Source of the DNA: Planctomycetota bacterium
GTDB lineage: Bacteria > Planctomycetota > Phycisphaerae > WQYP01
Length of the DNA: 63,885 nt
Assembly: GCA_021852275.1 (NCBI GenBank)
Contig: JAJZNX010000124.1
Location: forward strand, 1-63,885
Direction: 5' to 3'
Shown: positions 57,123 through 63,885 of the stretch, piece after piece
Layout: each line of letters begins with the position of its first letter
Position numbering within the stretch: position 1 is the first letter of the stretch
Made by a program: the position numbers and the translations under genes
Notes under the pieces: generated by a model
Told to the model about the DNA's origin: nothing
Database searches by the model: none
The model's input: only the letters and a program-made list of their open reading frames with translations

Positions 57123-58661
57123 TTAACCTGCTTCGCCCGCCAGCATTGGAAACACATTTTGCAGGGCTGGATACAACGCCGCATACGTGCGATAAAGCTT
57201 CGCGTACTGCGCCGCACGGATTTTGTGCGGCATACTGCGATGCTGAATCTTAATGATGGCCGTCGTCGCCTGGGCCACCGTCTTCCACACCCCCGTACCC
57301 ACCCCCGCCAATATGGCCGCACCCAATGCGGCACCCTCGCTCACGTTCACGGTAACCACTGGCGCCTCGTACATATCTGCCTGCAGTTGCCGCCAAAATG
57401 AACTGCGCGCACCGCCGCCGCTGGCACGTACCTGATCCACATTAAGCCCCATGGATCTCATAATGACTACCTGTTCACGCATGCCGTAGGTAATGCCTTC
57501 CAGCACACTGCGAATCAGATGCGATTGCTGATGACGCGGCGTTAAACCAATAAAAGCTCCGCGTGCATACGGGTCCGGATGTGGACAGCGCTCACCGGTC
57601 AGATACGGCAGAAAAAACAGATGCTCTACCCCGGCCGGGGCCTGCTGCGCCTGCTCAAGGAGCCGTTCATACAGCACCCCCGGGTCTTTCTTTCGCCGCA
57701 CCAGTTGCTCCACTTCACGCGATAAAAGCATATTTCGCAGCCATTGCAGCGATCCGCCCGCACTAAGCATACATCCAAAAACACACCAGGTTTCCGGAAC
57801 CGCATGGCACATCGTATGTACACGCCCCTGCGGATCCGTCTGTGGCACACTCGATGCCGCGAAAATAACTCCGCTGGTGCCCATGCTGGCCGATAACAGC
57901 CCCGCCGACACCACGCCCGTGCCCACCGCACCGGCCGCCTGATCACCCGCTCCACCCACTACCGGTGTACCCTTGCGCAGCGGTATGAATTCCGCAGCCG
58001 CCGCCGAAAGTTGACCGGTAATTTCCTGCGATTCGCTGATCCGGGGCAACCAGGATGAATCAATACCCAGGCGATCAATCAGCTCCTTGCTCCACCGCCT
58101 GTTCTTCACATCAAACAATAACGTCCCCGACGCATCCGACACCTCTCCGGCATATTCATCCGTTAATCGGTATCGGATGTAATCCTTGGGCAACAGCACA
58201 TGTCGGCATTTTTCATATCGCGCCGGCTCGTTGGCACGTAACCATAAAATCTTCGGTGCCGTAAAGCCGGTCAGCGCCGGATTGCCCACCATGTTGATCA
58301 GGCTTTCGCGCCCGCCCGCCAGCGTTTCAATTTCCCGGCACTCTTTGGCCGTGCGTTGGTCATTCCAAAGCAAAGCCGGACGCAATGGCCTGGGACCATC
58401 CCCCAAAAATACACTGCCATGCATCTGTCCCGACAATCCTATCGCGGTAATTTCAGAACCATGGATTCCGGCTTTTTTCAGAACAGAACCAGTAGCTAAT
58501 ACCACCGCCCGCCACCAGCCTTCAGGATCCTGTTCGCTCCAGCCCGGACGTGGCGTTTTTAATACATGTGCCGATTCCGCGGTCGCTACCACCTTGCCCT
58601 GTGGGGTAAGCACCAAAGCCTTGGTAGCGGATGTGCCGATGTCCAATCCTAATAACGCCAT
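57123..58661 (-). CDS. xylB: xylulokinase
   Basis: LGLDIGTS, SGQMHG, LLWNDQR, SDASGT, GAGDQAAG, PYLTGERCP, GGGARS. Confidence 0.94.
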   Translation of the reverse strand: MALLGLDIGTSATKALVLTPQGKVVATAESAHVLKTPRPGWSEQDPEGWWRAVVLATGSVLKKAGIHGSEITAIGLSGQMHGSVFLGDGPRPLRPALLWNDQRTAKECREIETLAGGRESLINMVGNPALTGFTAPKILWLRANEPARYEKCRHVLLPKDYIRYRLTDEYAGEVSDASGTLLFDVKNRRWSKELIDRLGIDSSWLPRISESQEITGQLSAAAAEFIPLRKGTPVVGGAGDQAAGAVGTGVVSAGLLSASMGTSGVIFAASSVPQTDPQGRVHTMCHAVPETWCVFGCMLSAGGSLQWLRNMLLSREVEQLVRRKKDPGVLYERLLEQAQQAPAGVEHLFFLPYLTGERCPHPDPYARGAFIGLTPRHQQSHLIRSVLEGITYGMREQVVIMRSMGLNVDQVRASGGGARSSFWRQLQADMYEAPVVTVNVSEGAALGAAILAGVGTGVWKTVAQATTAIIKIQHRSMPHKIRAAQYAKLYRTYAALYPALQNVFPMLAGEAG

Positions 58662-58826
58662 CAATAATACCCCTGTGTTAAAGCTGTTTTCATGTAGGCC
58701 ATGGTTGAATGGCGTTTAACCACACACCATTGACCATCAAGATCAGGATATAACATCCCGATATGCAACACCATCCCTTTTTTTCCTCTCTCTTGCCTGG
58801 CCAGGCACAGTTGATCCCCCGGCTGC

Positions 58827-59696
58827 TTAATGCTTCAGCAAGATCACCATGGCGATGGCCCCGATCACCACACAATAAATCGCAAAGGGCGTGAGCCGAC
58901 GGGTTTCAAAATAAATCATCAAAAACTTGATGCTCAGGTAAGCCGTTATTCCCGCCGCCAACGCCGCCGGAACGGTAATACCGAGTATAGCCCGGGCCTC
59001 CGGCTTAAAAAGCGCCGGCAGCTTCAATAACCCCGCCGCCCCAATCACCGGCGTGGCCAGCATAAACGCAAATCGGCACGCCTCTTCATAACTAAGCCCG
59101 GCCAAAATGCCCCCCACAATAGCCACCCCGCTGCGCGATATGCCCGGAAACAGCGCCAACGTCTGCGACGCTCCTACCAGCGTCGCCGCCGGAAAGGTCA
59201 AATCTTCCGCCCGCTTTTGCTGCCCTTTCTCCGCCTTGCGTACCGCCAGCTTTTTCATAAAATCTCCCAGAAACATCACCCCGCCGTTGATTATCAAAAA
59301 TAGCGCTACCATCCAATAATAATGCGCATCATCAAAAAACAAAGTAAACTTTTTCTTAAATGCAAAACCTACCGCCCCCACCACCAGTGTGCCCGCCACC
59401 AATAGCCACGCAAACTTGCTTGGCTCGTCATACACCAGGCGGCGCCGTTTCAGGCTGCCCCAGTACGCCACCAGCACAATTTTCCACTGTTTCCAGAAAT
59501 AAATAACCAGTGCCAATGCCGTAGCCAGATGCAGTGCCACCACAAACGACAAAAAATGTTTGTTATGGGCATTAAAATGCCAGTGCAGCAGGGCTTTGGC
59601 TACAATAATCTGTCCCAGGCTGCTGACCGGAAAAAGCTCCGATACCCCCTGCAGTATCCCCAGCAAAATCGCTTGCCATAATGCCAGATGCGTCAT
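58827..59696 (-). CDS. uppP: undecaprenyl-diphosphate phosphatase
   Basis: GILQGVSELFPVSSLG, LHLATALA, QTLALFPGISRSG, FAFMLATPVI. Confidence 0.93.
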   Translation of the reverse strand: MTHLALWQAILLGILQGVSELFPVSSLGQIIVAKALLHWHFNAHNKHFLSFVVALHLATALALVIYFWKQWKIVLVAYWGSLKRRRLVYDEPSKFAWLLVAGTLVVGAVGFAFKKKFTLFFDDAHYYWMVALFLIINGGVMFLGDFMKKLAVRKAEKGQQKRAEDLTFPAATLVGASQTLALFPGISRSGVAIVGGILAGLSYEEACRFAFMLATPVIGAAGLLKLPALFKPEARAILGITVPAALAAGITAYLSIKFLMIYFETRRLTPFAIYCVVIGAIAMVILLKH

Positions 59697-59960
59697 GCTA
59701 TACTCCTTTACTTATGCACCATTGTCGCAGCATTTCATTCGCTGCCGCTTCGCATTGCCAGCACCCGCCGGTGTCATCGGCAATGGATGACGTTATCATG
59801 CAGATCGCGGCGCTGATGGCAAGCCTCCATCGCCGGATTATTTTTGTATGCCCGGGCTGCATTTGTGCCCGGCTTCCGACCGCCGCCTACAATACGACAG
59901 CAGGCCAGGACGTTGGCTGCCGCCTGCCGCGGCAATTAAAATATCCGGCTGTCCAGCAAG

Positions 59961-61919
59961 GTGTTAGAAATGACCCAATATCGACGTTTATTTTCCTTAC
60001 CATCCCTCCGGCTATACCTGTATGCTGCGTTGCTTATCATGGCCGGGTCGCCCTTGTACATCCAACGCACCTGGGCCCAGCAGCCGCCTGCTGCAACCAC
60101 AACTGAAATCTCTACGCGCCGCATCCACCCCATGACCGATATCGCCGCCCTGAACCGTATGGTCAATGCTGCCAGACTCCAACATCAGCCGGCCGAGGCC
60201 TTCCATAATCTGGTGCTGGCTGCCACCACCGGAAAAGTTCCTCCCGCTCAACTCCGCAAACTCATCATGGCCCTCATCGGACCCGATCGTAACCCCGGCA
60301 TCCTGCACAAACTGGCTCTGGAGCACGCCCCTTCCATTAACATTCATTCTCTCTCTTATGCCACCTGGCAATATACACTCCTGGGAATGGCCGCCCAACG
60401 GGTGCGCCAAACCTCCGTCGCGACCAGGTTTTATCGCCTGGCAGCTAAGCAAAACCCCTCCTTCTGGCCCGCCCGCCGCAATCTGGTGCAAACTCTGCTT
60501 CAGGAAGATCACTTTGCCGCCGCCACCACTCACGCGGCGCTTTATGTGCATGAGCAGCATTTCCAATCAGACGCCGCTCGCCTCCTGGTGCGTACTTACG
60601 CACGGCAGGACCGGCTCGCTCATGCCCTTCATCTGGCTTTGACTTTCCAGCGCCAATACCCGCAAAATTACCAAATCGCCCTCCAGATCGCTTCGCTATT
60701 TGCACAGCGCGGCCAACGCCAGCATCAGTTGCGGCAGCTTGTACGAATCATTCACAAGTTCCCCAGCCAACCCCACCCGTACAGACTGCTCATTGATCTG
60801 GCCGAAAACCTGGACAACTGGCCGCTTGCCGCCCAGTACCGCCATCTATTTATCCAACGGTTTCCCACCGCTACCCTGACTACGGTTTTCCGCGCTTCAC
60901 GTTACGCCCGCCATGGCCATATCCACCAGACCGAAAAGATTTTCCTGGCCAAAGTGCGGGCGCATCCCAACAATGCCCAATTCCGTCAGGCCCTCATTGG
61001 CGTGGAATCTCTCCTTCACCAGCCGGCAAAGGCCGCCAGCGCCATTGCCGCCGCCTTGCTCCGCAACCACCGGCAATCCCTCGACGCCGTTCAGGACTTA
61101 TGCGCGTGTTATCTCGCCGCCGGCAACAAAATCTCCGCCGTCCACTCCGCCGCACTCTTTGCCCACCACCATCCGCACTCGCCGCGTTGGCAAATCTTTT
61201 ACGCACAGATATTGCAAGCAGCCGGACAAACCAGCCAGGCTGGCCGCGTGTTGAAAATCGCAGCTCTTCGCCACCCGCGTTCCGAGCTTGCCACCGAGGC
61301 TTGGGCTACTTTTCTCGCTGGCAGTACCAAACCCACCTTTCGCCGCCAGGCTCTAACCGTCATGCAGTCTTTTATGCACGACCACGGGGCGACAACATCA
61401 CGCCTTAGCTTTCTGGCGGACCTGCAAATCACCATCGGCGACGATGCCGCCATGGTGCAAACCTATCAGCAAATCCTCACCCTCATGCCCGCCAATGGCA
61501 CTGCCAATAATGATCTGGGCTACTATTGGGTCGGAAAACGCCTGCATTTGCGCACCGCCCATAAAATGATTACCCTCGCCTTAAAAAATTTTCCCGGTCA
61601 ATCAGCATTTCGTGACAGCTTGGGATGGCTGTTGTATCAGCAGCACCGCTATCACCGGGCATTAGATCAGTTTGCCCGCGCCATCGCTTTGCCGGGCGGC
61701 CAGAATCCCGTGGGCCTCGAACATTATGCCGACGCCCTTTATCAGCTCAACCACAGCGTCGCGGCTATTTCCTATTGGCAAAAGGCCCTGCGACTTCTGC
61801 CGTCCGCTGCCCATTCATCAGCCCATGCCCGGATGGTCCGCATACGCATCCTGCGCCAGCTTCATCGCGCCAAAGTTCTCCGTAACTTATCCCACAGCCA
61901 CGCTTCACAGCAACTATAA
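59961..61919 (+). CDS. exported TPR-repeat protein, His/Arg/Gln-rich
   Basis: Signal-like N-terminus; TPRs including ANNDLGYYW and FRDSLGWLLY. Confidence 0.82.
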   Translation: MLEMTQYRRLFSLPSLRLYLYAALLIMAGSPLYIQRTWAQQPPAATTTEISTRRIHPMTDIAALNRMVNAARLQHQPAEAFHNLVLAATTGKVPPAQLRKLIMALIGPDRNPGILHKLALEHAPSINIHSLSYATWQYTLLGMAAQRVRQTSVATRFYRLAAKQNPSFWPARRNLVQTLLQEDHFAAATTHAALYVHEQHFQSDAARLLVRTYARQDRLAHALHLALTFQRQYPQNYQIALQIASLFAQRGQRQHQLRQLVRIIHKFPSQPHPYRLLIDLAENLDNWPLAAQYRHLFIQRFPTATLTTVFRASRYARHGHIHQTEKIFLAKVRAHPNNAQFRQALIGVESLLHQPAKAASAIAAALLRNHRQSLDAVQDLCACYLAAGNKISAVHSAALFAHHHPHSPRWQIFYAQILQAAGQTSQAGRVLKIAALRHPRSELATEAWATFLAGSTKPTFRRQALTVMQSFMHDHGATTSRLSFLADLQITIGDDAAMVQTYQQILTLMPANGTANNDLGYYWVGKRLHLRTAHKMITLALKNFPGQSAFRDSLGWLLYQQHRYHRALDQFARAIALPGGQNPVGLEHYADALYQLNHSVAAISYWQKALRLLPSAAHSSAHARMVRIRILRQLHRAKVLRNLSHSHASQQL

Positions 61920-61974
61920 GTGGCATCTCATATATATGTTTATATTTTACAACGCCGGATCCGCCCTCCAGCCG

Positions 61975-62039
61975 CAACCCGCGTCCGGACCGCAGGCATC
62001 CCGCCTGCATTTTGTGCCGACAAGATGTCGGCGGGGTTG
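61975..62039. repeat. REP-like palindromic cluster
   Basis: GCAGGC-ATCCC-GCCTGC and GCCGACA-AGA-TGTCGGC hairpins within CAACCCGC...GCGGGGTTG. Confidence 0.5.
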
Positions 62040-62275
62040 GTGGTCCAAAGCGGAGCGGGAGCCTTGCGCACCAGAATATGTTTGAGTTCCAGAGACTGGC
62101 CGGAGCGATCCTGGAGAAGTTTTTTTCGTCAGCTGCATTTCCGTCACAGCGGTGCCCACGGTCCCGCAACCCAGCAGAGCCAACCAGGTTTTCATTACAC
62201 GCTCCGTACCAATGGCGTTTCCGTGGCCGTGGTTGCAAATCACCATGGCCCGGCGGTGCCAAGCGCCTAACACGG

Positions 62276-62446
62276 TTAGGGGCCGCGCACAAATAACTTC
62301 ACACTTTCCGACTGGTTCTTTTGACCGCGGGCGTCGTTGTTCGCTCCTTACAGACCCATTGGCAGGGTATGCGCGTCGCTCACGCCTCGCCGGCGGCCAA
62401 AACTCCTGCGCCGTAAAACATGAATTTATTTTTGCGCGGCCCCTTA
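62276..62446 (-). mobile_element. MITE family A, full copy in inverted orientation (165 bp plus TTA duplication)
   Basis: TIRs GGGGCCGCGCACAAATAACTTC / GAATTTATTTTTGCGCGGCCCC, TTA at 62276-62278 and 62444-62446; same length as and colinear with 40138-40308. Confidence 0.82.
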
Positions 62447-62833
62447 CATGACCGCCCACGGCTGAAAAGCCTCAAGGGTCGGTGCGGGCAGGGCCAAACC
62501 GAAATTCGGGTACTGCCTGCTGGTGGAACATAATCGCAAAAGGCGTGAGCGTCGCAACGTCCGTCGGGACTTTGGCACCCCACGAGAACGGCCACCGCGG
62601 CTCGCAGGCCCGGCGATCAGCGATCATCCTCGAAAAAAAGAACCTGTTGACGGCTATTGCCGCGCTGGGTAATTTGTAGAGTATCTTGGATCGCCGGGAA
62701 CAACGTGAGTGGTTCGAGGCCTGCCAAATATTGTGCCAAAGCCTGGTCTGGAAATGAATAAACAGGCGACTGTTCCAGTTGTTTAGTTGTTTTAGTTGTC
62801 TCTGGAACATGAGAACCTCATCGCTGGCCGTAA

Positions 62834-63478
62834 ATGAAGACCTACTGGACAAGACTATGGATCGATGCAGCATTGGCTGGCGCTCTGGTCGGCGGTATCG
62901 TCTGGTTTCTTTACTCGCAGCACTCGCTGGAATTTCAGGATGGCGTCGTCAACAGCGGAGAGTGGATTTCCGAAGGCCTCATACCAATGTTTTGGCTGGC
63001 AATGGCGACCATCCTGGAACTACTGCTGGCCGTGGCGCGGGTGTATTATTTGGCACGGCGGGATGGTTGGTTCCTGACAATGGCTCGACTCGGTCTTTAT
63101 GCCGCGCTGCTTTCGGTGCTATTTCTTTTCCTGGCCAGTCATCGCTTTTCCGCAAACTCGGGTTTTCGCGGAGGCCTGCGCCAATGGGCACGGGTACATG
63201 TCGACGCGCCGGCGATACGTTCCTGGCTGCGGACGGTGCCCCAGGCTGACGTCGATAAAGAGGGATTCCTGCGTCAAAAAGCGATGCCGGTTTTACTCGG
63301 GAAACTCCAGCCCGAATTTGTCGTGATCCGTCCCGATCATTGCAGCGTCTGGTACGGCGGCGGGTTCATGCATTGGGGGTTTACCATCGAAAAATCCGCA
63401 GCCAAGGACGCGCCGTATACCGGCCAAATGGGGCCGCCGAGCCGCTTCGCCCCCGGATCATACGTATGGTATCATTAG
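62834..63478 (+). CDS. hypothetical membrane protein
   Basis: Three TM segments; C-terminal WYGGGFMHWG motif. Confidence 0.6.
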   Translation: MKTYWTRLWIDAALAGALVGGIVWFLYSQHSLEFQDGVVNSGEWISEGLIPMFWLAMATILELLLAVARVYYLARRDGWFLTMARLGLYAALLSVLFLFLASHRFSANSGFRGGLRQWARVHVDAPAIRSWLRTVPQADVDKEGFLRQKAMPVLLGKLQPEFVVIRPDHCSVWYGGGFMHWGFTIEKSAAKDAPYTGQMGPPSRFAPGSYVWYH

Positions 63479-63647
63479 CCTGTCACCGGCCGGACTGTTC
63501 CGTCAATATCAAACTCGCGACAGCCGGCTATTCAATATGAGGGTACGAAGGTTCGGGATCCGTTGATCCTGGTGGTGTTGTGTTTCGTGGCCGTCCGGGG
63601 GGCAGCGCCCGCGGTCCCCTGAAAGCTTTTTTGTGGCCATGGATAAA

Positions 63648-63885
63648 TATACATTAGCGTTTAATTAAAGGGACATGATGTGGTCACAAAAATGGATGAA
63701 GGTAGGGGCGGATTATCTCCGGTGTGGATTGCATATCATGGAATACGCGCGTGAGCGCGTGGTTCAATTCATCGATGGTCAGGAAGGATCGATTGTGAGT
63801 TCCATTTTTGCGTGTATGTTGCCACAGCCGTTCGGTGGGATTGAATTGCGGGGAATAGGGCGGCAGTGGCACAACTTCCATCCAA
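63648..63885 (-). mobile_element. 3' end of an IS630-family element (DDE transposase C-terminus, CDS 63684->63885)
   Basis: LPPYSPQFNPTERLW with the catalytic Glu; frame open to the window edge; TATA at 63648-63651 is the likely TA-target end. Confidence 0.85.

Noticed and set aside
62482-62757. Possible metallopeptidase pseudogene (TLAPHENGH...stop...)
   Set aside because: Only a loose HExxH resemblance in a short interrupted frame; insufficient evidence
1-63885. CRISPR array or rRNA
   Set aside because: No regularly spaced direct repeats with unique spacers and no rRNA signature sequences found

Overview
Chromosomal window from a Planctomycetota bacterium, most likely a Phycisphaerae. The basis is the LEPR-XLL leader proteins, a planctomycete-type LepB with CxxC inserts, and an HTH-membrane/OmpA cluster. 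An acidophilic lifestyle is inferred from His/Arg-rich, Glu-poor exported proteins, an S53 peptidase and a His-free CusF-like site. The first ~10 kb is a tandem array of four minus-strand secreted proteins. Each has an Arg-rich 'FExLEPRxxLS' leader and copies of one ~100-aa IPT/TIG-like module, but a different payload: a 6-repeat propeller; Kelch plus a propeptide-less sedolisin; GloVer repeats; or no payload. Near-identical DNA cassettes are shared between paralogues, which suggests active domain shuffling. This array is the best candidate for an undescribed system. The rest is mostly housekeeping: ruvX, manC, rpmA, lpdA, lepB, dapF, ilvD, cysD/cysNC, galM, xylB, uppP and tRNA-Val(CAC). Accessory points of interest include a PANK4-like DUF89 phosphatase, a divergent MFS/glycoside hydrolase pair with a shared operator-like motif, and an S2P/CusF-like/Tim44-TerB cluster. 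There is also a bacterial XPB pair, an orphan PD-(D/E)xK nuclease, two MITE families with TTA/TAA target duplications, and the end of an IS630 element. No CRISPR array or rRNA was seen. All product calls come from motif recognition by eye; no database search was run.
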